A stretch of 64,000 bases of DNA from an uncultured Candidatus Rokubacteria bacterium (GCA_963754315.1 CAVWFS010000015.1:96001-160000), one strand, 5' to 3'. Shown: positions 49,639 through 59,664, counted from the stretch's first letter. Numbers and translations are program-made. Notes: generated by a model not told the origin, from the letters alone.

Positions 49639-50793
49639 TCACGAGGGCAAGACATGGATGGATCCGCGATGGATCGAGAACTCCCACTGTCGGTCGTCCT
49701 TGATCTCGAGAATTTCGTAGACGAGGCTCGGCACCTCGACCTCCAGGTCGTAGTCACCCTGGGCGGCCGGCCCCGGTTCATCGAGCCGCATGCGGAGCGA
49801 CCAGGTGGTTCCCCCATCGGCCTCGCCGACGACGCACCCGCGCATCAAGTTCATGTGATGCCCTGCGTCAGGGGCCATCCGATCCTTGCGGATCAGGCGG
49901 ACGTACTCGGGGCGGATGAAGAACGCGATGGAAGAGCCTGCTGGCGGCAGGTACGCCCGCGTCGGCGAGTTCACCGCCTCGAGGATCTGGCCGCGCCAGT
50001 GGAACTGGATGCGATCGGGGCTTGCCTTGGCCACGGTGCCATGCAGCACATTGCGCAGCCCGATCAGCCTCGCCACTCGCTCGGAGCTCGGCTGCCAGAG
50101 GAACTCCGTCTTGGACGAAGCCTGGATGACACGGCCATGGTCGTAGACGACCACGCGGTCGGCAAGCTGGTAGGCTTCGGACAGATCGTGCGTCACGAGC
50201 ACGGCCGGCTTTCCCCAGTCGCGAAGGGTCCGTTCCAGGTCGTCTCGTAGCTGCCGTCGGAGCGGCGCGTCGAGAGCCGATAGCGGCTCGTCCAGCAGGA
50301 GCAGGTCTGGATCCACGGCCAGAGCACGGCCGAGGGCGACGCGTTGTTGCTGGCCTCCCGACAGCTCGCGGGGCGAGCGACGCGCAAGGTCGCCGAGCCC
50401 GAGCCGCTCCATGACTTCCTGGGCTCGCCGCCGCCGCTCCGCTCGCGGACGGTCCCGTAGCCCGAAGGCGATGTTCTGGCCGACCGACAGATGGGGAAAC
50501 AGCGCGTACCCCTGGAATACGTAGCCGATGCGACGATGATGCGGCGGCAGGTCGACCCCCAACGCCGAATCGAAGAATACGCGGCCGTTGACGACCATCC
50601 GACCAGCATCAGGACGGTCGAGTCCAGCCAGGCAACGCAAGGTCAAGCTCTTGCCCGAGCCCGATGGTCCGAAGAGCACGGCCACCCCGTCGCCGGCGGT
50701 CCAGGCGACGTCGAGCACAAAGGCGCCCAGGCGCTTCGTGATCACCAGGTCGACCGAGTCCGCCGGGAGGCCGCTGCCCGGACTCCGCGTCAT
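49639..50793 (-). CDS. modC: Molybdate ABC transporter ATPase
   Basis: GPSGSGKS, DLPPHHRRIGYVFQ.YALFPHL, LSGGQQQR; follows modB. Confidence 0.88.
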   Translation of the reverse strand: MTRSPGSGLPADSVDLVITKRLGAFVLDVAWTAGDGVAVLFGPSGSGKSLTLRCLAGLDRPDAGRMVVNGRVFFDSALGVDLPPHHRRIGYVFQGYALFPHLSVGQNIAFGLRDRPRAERRRRAQEVMERLGLGDLARRSPRELSGGQQQRVALGRALAVDPDLLLLDEPLSALDAPLRRQLRDDLERTLRDWGKPAVLVTHDLSEAYQLADRVVVYDHGRVIQASSKTEFLWQPSSERVARLIGLRNVLHGTVAKASPDRIQFHWRGQILEAVNSPTRAYLPPAGSSIAFFIRPEYVRLIRKDRMAPDAGHHMNLMRGCVVGEADGGTTWSLRMRLDEPGPAAQGDYDLEVEVPSLVYEILEIKDDRQWEFSIHRGSIHVLPS

Positions 50794-51455
50794 GACGCGC
50801 GGGCCCCGAGTCGACCTGACAGAACGAGGACGATGCACGAGATGACCGTGAGCACCGCCACCAGGACCAGGACTTCGCCCGATTCGCCCGTCTGGACCGC
50901 CGTGTAGATGGTAAGCGGGACGGTGGCAGTCTTGCCCGGGATGTTGCCGGCCAGCATCAGGGTGGCGCCGAACTCGCCCAAGGCACGCGCGAAGGCGAGC
51001 ACGAGCCCGGCCAGGATGCCCTTCCGGGCAAGCGGCAGAGTCACCTCGAACGCCGTGCGCCACTCCGAGCGTCCAAGGGTCCGTGCCGCCTTCTCGAGGT
51101 CAGGGTCGATCGACTCGATGGCTGCTCGCGCCGTCCTCACGAGTAATGGCAGCGCCATCACGGTGGCAGCGATGACGGCGGCATACCAGGTGAATGCCAC
51201 CGTCCATCCGGTGAGGTCATAGAGAGGCGCTCCGAGCCAGCCCTTCCGGCCGAGGACGACGATCAGGTAGTAACCCGTCACCGTCGGCGGTAGCACGAGG
51301 GGCAAGGTTACTGCGACGTCCAGGACCGCGTGGCCCCAGAAGCGTCGCTTGGCCAGCAGGTATGCCAACGGTATCCCGAGCAACGCGTTCAGGACCGTGG
51401 CCAGGACGGCCACCTGCAGGGAGAGCCCGACACTGCTGAGCGCTTCCTGGCTCAC
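50790..51455 (-). CDS. modB: Molybdate ABC transporter permease
   Basis: LPLVLPPTVTGY.L, FARALGEFGATLMLAGNIPGKT. Confidence 0.93.
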   Translation of the reverse strand: MSQEALSSVGLSLQVAVLATVLNALLGIPLAYLLAKRRFWGHAVLDVAVTLPLVLPPTVTGYYLIVVLGRKGWLGAPLYDLTGWTVAFTWYAAVIAATVMALPLLVRTARAAIESIDPDLEKAARTLGRSEWRTAFEVTLPLARKGILAGLVLAFARALGEFGATLMLAGNIPGKTATVPLTIYTAVQTGESGEVLVLVAVLTVISCIVLVLSGRLGARAS

Positions 51456-51492
51456 CACCCACGTCCACCCCCCGCCTCGTGCCGAGCTCCCT

Positions 51493-51870
51493 TCACGGCC
51501 GAAATATCCGCCGAAAGCGCCGCCGGGCAACATCATCGAGCCCGGTCCGGAACCGCCAGTACTGGGTCAGAAATAGCCGACCGCGAGTCGTCAAGCGCGT
51601 GCCGCCACGGGAACCCCGTCCCGGGTGGCGCTCCAGGAATTGGAAGCCGGCCGCCTTCTCCAGCTCCCTCAGGTATCCCCAGGCGTTACGGTATGACATG
51701 TTGAACCGCTCCACGGCCTGCTTCAGGGATCCGAGCTCGTCGATCATCTCCAGCAGCCGGGCTCGCCCATCCCCGAACTTCAATCGATCATCGAAGACCA
51801 CCCAGAGCCGCATCTTCGGCTCCAGCTGGGACACGGGCGTCTCGGACGTGGGCGGTCGCCGTGAGAGCAT
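51493..51870 (-). CDS. modE: ModE-type winged-helix regulator (DNA-binding domain only)
   Basis: FGDGRARLL..IDELGSL..A...MSYR.AW...GG..LT; no TOBE domains. Confidence 0.82.
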   Translation of the reverse strand: MLSRRPPTSETPVSQLEPKMRLWVVFDDRLKFGDGRARLLEMIDELGSLKQAVERFNMSYRNAWGYLRELEKAAGFQFLERHPGRGSRGGTRLTTRGRLFLTQYWRFRTGLDDVARRRFRRIFRP

Positions 51871-51907
51871 GCGGCCCTATCTTAACGTCGGCAGCCCCGA
51901 GCGCCGC

Positions 51908-53008
51908 TCAGGCGTCGGGAAGTACGTGGGCGGCGATCGCCTTGAAGATGGCCACAACCGGTGATCCGGCCACCAGCCGCATGTCCTCGACCGATCGGCG
52001 TGTGATCAGAGCCATGAGCGGAAAGCCGCAGTCGACCGTTACCCGTACATGGACGCCCTGAGGCTGGAGACTGATAACGGTCCCCGACAAATGGTTGCCG
52101 GGGCTCCCGCCGGTAATCTGCTCCGGGATGGCCAGGGCGACATCCTCAGGCCGCAGGCAGAATCGGACCCGATCTCCAGGCTGCGCGGCGGCGGCTACCT
52201 CGACCGTCTGCCCGCCAGCATCGAGAGAGACCAATCCGTCCTCGGCCCTGATCACCTTGCCATCAACGATCGTCTCGACTCCCACGAACCTGGCCACGAC
52301 CTCCGATATCGGGCTCTGGAAGAGGCGAGCCGTCTCGTCGATTTGCTGGATTCGGCCTGCCATCAGCACGGCCACGCGATCGCCCAGGGTCATGGCCTCA
52401 CTCCGGTCGTGCGTCACCATGACCGTCGTGATGCGATCGTGGCGCAGAATGCGTCCTAGCTCGACGATGAGCGTCTCGCGGGTCGGCTGATCGAGCGCCG
52501 CGAAAGGCTCATCCAAGAGCAGCAGGGCCGGCTGCAGTACCAGCGCCCGCGCAAGGGCAGTGCGCTGAGCTTCCCCGCCTGACAGAGTCCTCGCACGCCG
52601 TTCTCCGAGGTGGCCAATGCCGAGTCGGTCGAGCCAGGGTTGCACTCGAGGGGCAAGGTCGGCTCGGGGCACGCGCCGAAAGCCAAGGCCGAGCGCGGCA
52701 TTCTGGAAGACGGTGGCATCGATCAGCAGCGGATCCTGGAAAACACTCGCCATGTGCCGTCGCACGGCGAGGACTCTCCGCGCATCCACGGGCTCACCCT
52801 TGAATCGAATCGCGCCCGTGGCTGGCGTCTCGAGCAGCCCCAAGGTCCGCAGAAGGGTCGACTTTCCCGATCCGTTGGGACCGATGACGACCAGGATCTC
52901 CCCTTCGAGCACCTCGAGCCGGTCGACCTCCACGGCCACGGCGCCTCCGTACCGGACCGTTACTCCCACCAGCTCCAGCACGGGTGGGGCTTGGTGGTGG
53001 CCCGTCAC
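51908..53008 (-). CDS. tupC: Tungstate ABC transporter ATPase with TOBE domain
   Basis: GPNGSGKST, LSGGEAQR, C-terminal ALITRRS...L..G..V.A.FKA. Confidence 0.85.
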   Translation of the reverse strand: MTGHHQAPPVLELVGVTVRYGGAVAVEVDRLEVLEGEILVVIGPNGSGKSTLLRTLGLLETPATGAIRFKGEPVDARRVLAVRRHMASVFQDPLLIDATVFQNAALGLGFRRVPRADLAPRVQPWLDRLGIGHLGERRARTLSGGEAQRTALARALVLQPALLLLDEPFAALDQPTRETLIVELGRILRHDRITTVMVTHDRSEAMTLGDRVAVLMAGRIQQIDETARLFQSPISEVVARFVGVETIVDGKVIRAEDGLVSLDAGGQTVEVAAAAQPGDRVRFCLRPEDVALAIPEQITGGSPGNHLSGTVISLQPQGVHVRVTVDCGFPLMALITRRSVEDMRLVAGSPVVAIFKAIAAHVLPDA

Positions 53009-53706
53009 CGTCCCACGGATCCGCTCTGCTGGATGGAGGTGAGGGCCCAGTTCACGAGGAACACGAGCACGAGCAGGAGAACGGCCAGGGCCAGGGCGAT
53101 GTCGAAGTTGCCCTTGCTCGTCTCGAGCACCATGGCCGTTGTCAAGGTTCGCGTGTGTCCCTTGATATTCCCGCCGACCATCAGAGAGGCGCCGATTTCG
53201 GAGATGATCCCGCCAAAACCGGCCATGACGGCAGCCAGCATGGGCAATCGAGCCTCACGGAGGACGACCCAGGTCATCTGCGGCCGCGACGCCCCCAGGG
53301 CCAAGAGCTGCAATCGGAACTTCGCGGGCACGTTCTGCACGGCCGCGAGGGTGATCCCGGTGACGATGGGCGAGGCAATCACGGCCTGCGCCACAATGAT
53401 GGCCGCCGGCGTGTACAGGATCTCCATGAAGCCAAGCGGCCCGCTTCGCCACAGCGCCAGAGATACGAACAGGCCGACCACGACCGGGGGCAGTCCCATC
53501 CCCGTGTTGACCGCGCTCACGATCAGGTTCCTGCCCCGGAAACGCCCAAGCGCGAGCGCGACGCCGGCGGGAATCCCCAGCCCCAGAGACACGAGCGTGG
53601 CCGTCGTCGAGACCTGAAGCGAGAGCCACAGCACGGCCCATACCTCGCCGTCGCCGCCGAAAAGCAGCGTGACGGCCTGGCCGAGTGCGTCGAGGAGCAG
53701 GCTCAC
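53005..53706 (-). CDS. tupB: Tungstate ABC transporter permease
   Basis: NTGMGLPPVVVGL, SEIGA..MVGGNI...TRTLTTA. Confidence 0.9.
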   Translation of the reverse strand: MSLLLDALGQAVTLLFGGDGEVWAVLWLSLQVSTTATLVSLGLGIPAGVALALGRFRGRNLIVSAVNTGMGLPPVVVGLFVSLALWRSGPLGFMEILYTPAAIIVAQAVIASPIVTGITLAAVQNVPAKFRLQLLALGASRPQMTWVVLREARLPMLAAVMAGFGGIISEIGASLMVGGNIKGHTRTLTTAMVLETSKGNFDIALALAVLLLVLVFLVNWALTSIQQSGSVGR

Positions 53707-53709
53707 GCG

Positions 53710-54582
53710 CTAGAGATCTTCGTCCTTCTTGCCGGCGATGGGGACGAACAGCGCCCGTGAGAACTTCTCGACTCCGAACGTCTTGATGACCTCTTGCGTC
53801 GCCGGGGACACCATGAAGTCGGCGAACGCCTTGCCGGCCGCCGCGTTGACCCGCGGTCCGTTGGCCGGATTGACCTCCATCACCGAGTAGATGTTGAGCA
53901 GAGGCCGGTCTCCCTCGACCATGATGGTGAGCGCCACCCGCTTGGCGAATGCCAGCAAGGTCGCGCGATCGGTGATCGTGTACGCCTGACGATCGTCCGC
54001 AATGCCGAGGGTGGCCCCCATGCCTTGCCCTGACTCGATGTACCACGGCGGGCCGGGCGTGACGCCCGCCTCTTTCCAAAGGGCGAGCTCCAGGGTGTGC
54101 GTGCCCGACTTGTCCCCGCGCGACACGAAACGCGCCTTCGCCTCGGCGATCCGCTTGAGGGCGGCCACCACGCTCTTTTCCCCCCGAATCTTTGCTGGAT
54201 CCGCCTCGGGACCGATGAGGACGAAGTCGTTGTACATGACGAGACGCCGGTTGAGCATCTTGCCATCTGCAACGTACTTCTTCTCGAGGGCCGGGGCGTG
54301 GGCGAGCGTGACGTCGGCCTCTCCACGCGCGGCCAGGGCCAGTGCCTGGCCGGTGCCCACGGAGACGGTCTTGACGCTATAGCCCGTCTGGCGTTCGAAC
54401 ATCGGCACCAGGACGTCGAGCAACCCCGAGTCCTGGGTGCTGGTCGTCGTCGAGAGGATCAAGGTGCGGGAGGCGGGCGCCTGGGCGCGGGCGCCGCCAC
54501 TGACGGCGATGACGAGTAGACCAACGAGCAGGAGGCTGAGCCCCCAACGGGGTGCGCAGCCTTGACGCGGATCGTTGCCCAT
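53710..54582 (-). CDS. tupA: Tungstate ABC transporter substrate-binding protein
   Basis: TTTS motif (STTTSTQDSGLL), GTGQAL, MYNDF, SRGDKSGTH. Confidence 0.92.
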   Translation of the reverse strand: MGNDPRQGCAPRWGLSLLLVGLLVIAVSGGARAQAPASRTLILSTTTSTQDSGLLDVLVPMFERQTGYSVKTVSVGTGQALALAARGEADVTLAHAPALEKKYVADGKMLNRRLVMYNDFVLIGPEADPAKIRGEKSVVAALKRIAEAKARFVSRGDKSGTHTLELALWKEAGVTPGPPWYIESGQGMGATLGIADDRQAYTITDRATLLAFAKRVALTIMVEGDRPLLNIYSVMEVNPANGPRVNAAAGKAFADFMVSPATQEVIKTFGVEKFSRALFVPIAGKKDEDL

Positions 54583-54766
54583 GGATTTGTCCTCATCGAG
54601 GCCACGACAGGCTCGTTCGCCCTTCGCGGCCTTTTGTGCTTTTGGAAGCATAAGGGGGAGAGTCGCACAAGACAAGTCGGCTCGGGGCCCGCTTGCTCAG
54701 CTCCCTGTCGGCGTATTACGCTCGGCGCGTTCGCTCGAACGAGGCAGAGCCCCCTAGGAGGCAACC

Positions 54767-55285
54767 ATGGCAGACAGAACGGTGACTCTCAGAGGCAATC
54801 CACTCACCCTCGGCGGCAGCGAGGTGAAACCGGGTCAGGCCGCTCCCGATTTCACCGCCATCGACAACGGCTTGCAGACCGTGCGTCTCAGCGACGCCAA
54901 GGGCAAGGTGGTCATTCTCAGCTCGGTGCCGTCGCTCGATACCCCGGTGTGTGACACGGAGACGCGGCGCTTCAATCAGGAGGCCGGCGCCCTGGGCAGT
55001 GACGTGGAGGTCTGGACCATCAGCATGGATTTGCCGTTTGCCCAGAAGCGCTGGTGCGGGGCGGCCGGCGTCACGGCCGTGAAGACCCTCTCCGACTTCC
55101 GTGAAAAATCGTTCGGTCAGCACTACGGGGTCGCCATCACCAGCGGGCCCTTGGCGGGGGTGAACGCCCGCGCCGTGTTCGTGGTCGGCAAGGACGGCAA
55201 GGTCAAGCACGTGGAATACGTGCCCGAGATTGCCAGCGAGCCGAACTACGCGGCGGCCCTCAGCGCAGCCCGCGCGGCTGGCTAG
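54767..55285 (+). CDS. tpx: Thiol peroxidase (atypical 2-Cys peroxiredoxin)
   Basis: AGGAGG RBS, VPSLDTPVC, SMDLPFAQKRWCG, EPNY. Confidence 0.95.
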   Translation: MADRTVTLRGNPLTLGGSEVKPGQAAPDFTAIDNGLQTVRLSDAKGKVVILSSVPSLDTPVCDTETRRFNQEAGALGSDVEVWTISMDLPFAQKRWCGAAGVTAVKTLSDFREKSFGQHYGVAITSGPLAGVNARAVFVVGKDGKVKHVEYVPEIASEPNYAAALSAARAAG

Positions 55286-55337
55286 GGCGGCCTGTGGTGA
55301 CGCACGACGCGCGCGAGGCGGCCTAGCCCGAATTTCG

Positions 55338-55736
55338 TCAGACGGCGTTCAAGGCGGGTGCGGAGCCCGTCAAGCTCGGTATGCTCGGCGGCGCCCAGGC
55401 GAGACGGGTCTGCGCGTCGCCGCCGCCAGGCCGAACACATCCTCCACGCCAGAGGTCTCCTTGGGATCCGCCCTCCATGGGGCTGAGGAGCATGACGTCG
55501 GCGCCGTTGCGTAACACGTCGGCGCCGGTGGCCAGCTCTCCGTCCACCCCGATCGTGACGTCGTACGCGGCCGTGATGCCGATGGTGTTGAGCAGGTCGG
55601 CCACGCAGGCGCCGGCGGCCAGCGTGTAGCGCTGCGGACCGTCCACGCCCGGCGGCAGGAACCGGCGCAGATCGGCGAAGAGCGTCACGGTGACCGTGAT
55701 CGACGAGGTCTCCGTTCCGGGCGCAGTCATCGCCAT
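55338..55736 (-). CDS. MoaD/ThiS family sulfur carrier with an extension after the GG motif
   Basis: VTLFADLRRF beta-grasp start, LLSPMEGG followed by 42 more residues. Confidence 0.75.
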   Translation of the reverse strand: MAMTAPGTETSSITVTVTLFADLRRFLPPGVDGPQRYTLAAGACVADLLNTIGITAAYDVTIGVDGELATGADVLRNGADVMLLSPMEGGSQGDLWRGGCVRPGGGDAQTRLAWAPPSIPSLTGSAPALNAV

Positions 55737-55788
55737 GTCCTGGGTGTCTGCCCAGGCATCTTACCCGACTTCCCGCCATCAGGCAGCG

Positions 55789-55824
55789 TGCCCTACAATC
55801 GTCCTGCAGCTTGCCCTACAATCG
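55789..55824 (+). repeat. 13-bp direct repeat TGCCCTACAATCG in a divergent intergenic region
   Basis: Exact copies at 55789-55801 and 55812-55824. Confidence 0.8.
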
Positions 55825-55855
55825 GGCGGCGGCTCATCACTCGTGGAGGGACTTC

Positions 55856-56437
55856 ATGGCGCCACCCGTCGATCCCAATACCGTGCTCATGACCGGAGAG
55901 AACTCGTTCATTCGCCTGAGCCGGGACGGAGGGAAGACCCCGTCCGACCGCTTCAGCCACTGGCGCGTGCTGTGGTGCCCGGCCGGGCCCGGCCACGTGC
56001 TCTTCGCCCAGAGCGAGCTGACGGGTGGCCAGGTGCGCGTCTGGGCCGACAACCCGGCGGTCGCGCGGTGGCTCCAGACGACGATCGAGACCCTTCTTCA
56101 TCCTCCCTTCGCGGACCCCAGTCTGCCCGTCATCAACGCGAGATTCGAGCGCGCGGGGGATCCCCGCTCGACGGCCACCGAGCGTGTGGTGTCCGCGGAT
56201 GCCGAGATCCTGCTCACCTGGTCCGACTTCATCGAGTCGTTCGTTCTCAATGCGCCACCCGGGTTCAACAACCGCCCCATCGGAGTCTTTTCGACGTTCT
56301 TCCCCGCCCGCTCCGCCCAGGTCTCCCTCGGTGGGCGGTTCGCGGAAGCCAAGCCATGGCTCGAGATGCGCGGCGATCGTCAGGGCTCGAGCGCATGCCT
56401 GGCCTGGTCGGAGACGTGGGTCAAGCCGCGCGGCTAG
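55856..56437 (+). CDS. Hypothetical protein
   Basis: GGAGGG RBS, 193-aa beta-rich ORF starting MAPPVDPNTVLMTGENSFIRL. Confidence 0.75.
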   Translation: MAPPVDPNTVLMTGENSFIRLSRDGGKTPSDRFSHWRVLWCPAGPGHVLFAQSELTGGQVRVWADNPAVARWLQTTIETLLHPPFADPSLPVINARFERAGDPRSTATERVVSADAEILLTWSDFIESFVLNAPPGFNNRPIGVFSTFFPARSAQVSLGGRFAEAKPWLEMRGDRQGSSACLAWSETWVKPRG

Positions 56438-56470
56438 GTCCCCGGGGAGACAGCCGCCGGCGACGACGGC

Positions 56471-56499
56471 TTGACGCCGTCGGCAGGCTCGTCTACTTT
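56471..56499 (+). promoter_or_regulatory. sigma70-type promoter for ilvE
   Basis: TTGACG-N17-TACTTT, followed by an AGGAGG RBS. Confidence 0.6.
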
Positions 56500-56528
56500 C
56501 GCTCAGGACGTACCAGGAGGGGTGACCT

Positions 56529-57452
56529 ATGCCAGAGCTGAAGATCTGGATGAACGGTAAGCTCGTGCCCGGCGCCGAGGCGGTCCTGCCCGTCAACAGT
56601 GCCGCCGTCTTCTATGCCACCAACGTGTTCGAAGGGCTCCGCGCCTACTGGAACGAGGGCGAGGAGGAGCTGTACTGCTTCCGCCTCGACGCACACTTCG
56701 CGCGGCTGCGGGAGTCCATGAAAATGATGCGGTTCACGGTGCCCTACAGCGACACCGACCTCGACGCGGCCGTCCGCGAGGTGTTAGCGGGAAATCAGGT
56801 GCGCGAGGACATCCACATGCATCTGGTCGCCTACGTGGTGGGAGCGGGCATGGACGCCGTCACCCCGACCGGGCTCTACATCAACCCGCGTCGGCGTGGA
56901 CGCCTGTCCGAGTCGGAAGGCCTCCGGTGCTGCGTCAGCTCCTGGGCACGCACCAGCGATAACGCCATCCCCATCCGTCTCAAGTGCGGCGCCAACTACC
57001 AGAACGGTCGCCTGGCGCTCTTGCAGGCGAAGGCCGACGGCTATGACGCCCCCATCTTCCTGAATCAGCGCGGAAAGGTGGCCGAGGGCACCGGCGCCAC
57101 CTTCTTCATGGTGCGCAAGGGCAAGCTGGTGACGCCTCCCATCTCCAGCGACATTCTGGAATCGATCACCCGCACCACCCTCATCGAGGATCTCGCGCCC
57201 GACGTGCTGGGGCTCGAGGTGGTCGAGCGCGACATCGATCGCACTGAGCTGTATGTGGCCGAGGAGGCCTTCTTCTGCGGCAGCGGCTACGAGATCACTC
57301 CCATCGTATCCATCGACCGCTTCCCGCTTGGTGATGGTCACGTCGGATCCATCACCCAGAAGCTCCTGACCGCCTACATGAACACGGTGCGAGGCGTGGA
57401 CAAGCGCCATCCCGAGTGGAGGACGGCCGTCTACCGCCCTGGTGTCGTGTAG
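56529..57452 (+). CDS. ilvE: Branched-chain amino acid aminotransferase (PLP class IV)
   Basis: VFEGLRAY, FRLDAH..RL, K...NY, EGTGA.FF, IL.SITR. Confidence 0.85.
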   Translation: MPELKIWMNGKLVPGAEAVLPVNSAAVFYATNVFEGLRAYWNEGEEELYCFRLDAHFARLRESMKMMRFTVPYSDTDLDAAVREVLAGNQVREDIHMHLVAYVVGAGMDAVTPTGLYINPRRRGRLSESEGLRCCVSSWARTSDNAIPIRLKCGANYQNGRLALLQAKADGYDAPIFLNQRGKVAEGTGATFFMVRKGKLVTPPISSDILESITRTTLIEDLAPDVLGLEVVERDIDRTELYVAEEAFFCGSGYEITPIVSIDRFPLGDGHVGSITQKLLTAYMNTVRGVDKRHPEWRTAVYRPGVV

Positions 57453-58950
57453 AGTTCGGAGAGAGAGACCTTCACCAGCTGGCCCCGTTTCAAACGATCG
57501 CTCGGGGCCAGCCCGTTGACGACGGCGACCATGGCCGCGCTCCAGCGCGTGCCCGAGCGAGCGGCAAGGGCACTCACGGTTTCTCCCTCTCTGGCCTCCA
57601 CGAGGCGAAGGCGATCCTCGCGAATGCTTCCCCGCTCCTTCTGGGTGAGCGGCCTGAAGCTCTGCATCGTGCTCGCGAACACGGGGCCGAACGCCTCGCT
57701 CCGCTCGAGCGGGGTGACCCCAGCGATCTGGTAGATACGTCCCTTGTAGGCGATCCAGGCGAGGAGCGCGGTAACCTCACGCGTGTCCGTGCGCCCTCGG
57801 AGTCGGGTGCGGGCAGCCGGTAGGCCGCCGACGGTCAGGCGCTCGGTCGTCGGCAGCACCGGCGCTCGGCTCGCTTCCTGGACGATCTTGGCGCCGATGA
57901 GGGGATCGTCTCCCTGGGCGACCACCTCCAAGGTCATGAACCCCTGCTGATCAGGAGCCACGGCCGCTGCTTGCGCTCGGTTGTTCTCGGTGGACCAGCG
58001 CTCGGGGAAGAGCACGGTGAAATCGAGATCGGGATGTAAGAATCGCGGCCCCTCGAATACGCCCTCTGCCGCCCGCGCCCCCACCGGGAGCCCCTCGAGC
58101 CGCCGGAGGAACGCCGTCCCGATCGGGACTGCATCGGGGCTTCCGGCGCCCGTGCCAGCTCGCGGGCATGCTCGGCGGTTGCGGCCACTCGCTCCGGCGT
58201 TGCCGGGTGCGAATCGAGAAAGCTGGGCCGGCGAGGTCCGCCGCCGCTGAGATCTTCTTCCCGGCTGAGCGTCTTCAGAAATGCGGGCAGCCCCGCCGGA
58301 TCCCAGCCCGCGGCCGCGGCGAGACCCTGGCCCACCCGGTCGGCCTCGCGCTCCTGATCACGGCTGTAGGGAGCGAGGATCAGCTCCGATGCCGCGGCCC
58401 CGGCCCCTCCGACCGCGCGGCCTAACCCCGGACTGACCACTCCGGTCACGGCGGCGCCGATGCCCGTCACCACGGCGAGCGGCGCCGCCCGGGAGATTTG
58501 CTGGACGGAGTGCCGGGCCGCCACATGGCCGATCTCGTGGCCGATCACCCCGGCCAGCTCGTCCTCGGAGTTCACGAAGACGAGCAGCCCACGCGTCACG
58601 TAGACGTAGCCGCCGGGAAGAGCAAACGCGTTGGGTTCAGTGCGGTCGACCACCTGGAACCGATACTCGACGTCGCGCCGGGGCGATTGAGCGGCGAGCC
58701 GCTGCCCCACGCCTTGCACGTAGGCGACGAGGGCGGGATCGGCGAGCAACCCCATCTCCTGCTCGACCCGGCGTGCTTCGTCACGGCCCAGCTCCTTCTC
58801 GCGCTCGGCCGACACCAGCACCAGCTCCGACCGCCCCGTGACCGGATTGGTGGCGCAACCGCCGGCGGCGACCGCCACCACACCGAGAGCGGCCCAGAGG
58901 GCGACGACCCGATATGGACGATCTCCACGCCTCACGGCATCCAGCCCCAT
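57431..58950 (-). CDS. M48 family metalloprotease lipoprotein with C-terminal LysM-like region, frameshifted near 58130
   Basis: GCATNPVTG, NAFALPGG, HEIGH, YSRDQEREAD, SHP; continues in ORF 57431-58084. Confidence 0.85.
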
Positions 58951-59002
58951 CTCATCGAAGCATAGGACTGGTCGGCGTCCCGCCTTGGCCTCCGCGCAGT
59001 CT

Positions 59003-59075
59003 TTCGAGCGGTTGCGGTCAGCGGCCGGAGCGCGCGCGACGCGAGCGGCCGTTTCGCGGCACCGCGTTGTTGGGC
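59003..59075 (-). mobile_element. attC-like integron cassette recombination site (R' degenerate)
   Basis: R'' GCCCAAC, 5 bp, L'' GGTGCCGC, imperfect palindrome, L' GCTGACC, 6 bp, GCTCGAA at the R' position. Confidence 0.6.
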
Positions 59076-59362
59076 GGAGCGCTGAGCGCCGTCTCCCGCG
59101 CAATCCGTTCGGCAAGAAACACCTTCAGCAGAGATTGATACGGCACGTCCCGTTTGTTGGCCAGTGCCTTCAATTCGGCGAGCAGCGCGGCGGGAAGTCG
59201 TAACGAGATCGTCTCGGTGGACGGCTTCAGGTTGGGAAATACTGCCACGCGAGCCGTGCTCCAATCGACGAACGGACTCGCGTCATGGGTCTCCCAGAAC
59301 CGACGTTCCTCGGCCTCAGAGCTAAAGGTCGGCATCGTCCTACGGGCGCGTCGCTTGAGCAT
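59018..59362 (-). CDS. CopG/BrnA-type ribbon-helix-helix antitoxin
   Basis: P.F.SEAEER.FWETHD, ISLRLP..LL..LK..A....VPYQSL.K; overlaps the toxin gene. Confidence 0.85.
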   Translation of the reverse strand: MLKRRARRTMPTFSSEAEERRFWETHDASPFVDWSTARVAVFPNLKPSTETISLRLPAALLAELKALANKRDVPYQSLLKVFLAERIARETALSAPPNNAVPRNGRSRRARSGR

Positions 59363-59657
59363 AACCTCTTCTTTCTCGACGGCTCATCGGGCGCGCTGAG
59401 ATCACCCGCAGCAGCTGGCCGCGGAGAGTGAAGACGACCGTCAAGAGACGTCCTCTGTCCGTGCGCCCGAAAGCGAAGTACCTCGCCTCCCGACTGGTTG
59501 AGTGCACGACGTCGCCGAGGACGACGACAGGCCGGTTGACAAGCGCCTGCTCGGCCTCCGTCTGGCTGACGCCGTGGCTCGTCCAGTTCTTGGAGGAGTT
59601 GCCTTCATCCCACTGGAATCCCTCAACAGCGGGGAAGAATTCCGGGATGAGGGCCAC
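59340..59657 (-). CDS. brnT: BrnT family ribonuclease toxin
   Basis: FQWDEGN..KN...HGV, VVFTLR....RVISARP. Confidence 0.88.
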   Translation of the reverse strand: MALIPEFFPAVEGFQWDEGNSSKNWTSHGVSQTEAEQALVNRPVVVLGDVVHSTSREARYFAFGRTDRGRLLTVVFTLRGQLLRVISARPMSRRERRGYAQATRP

Positions 59658-59664
59658 AATTCGG

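Noticed and set aside
54583..54766. ModE operator upstream of tupA
   Set aside because: No TATAT-N7-TAYAT-like site visible.
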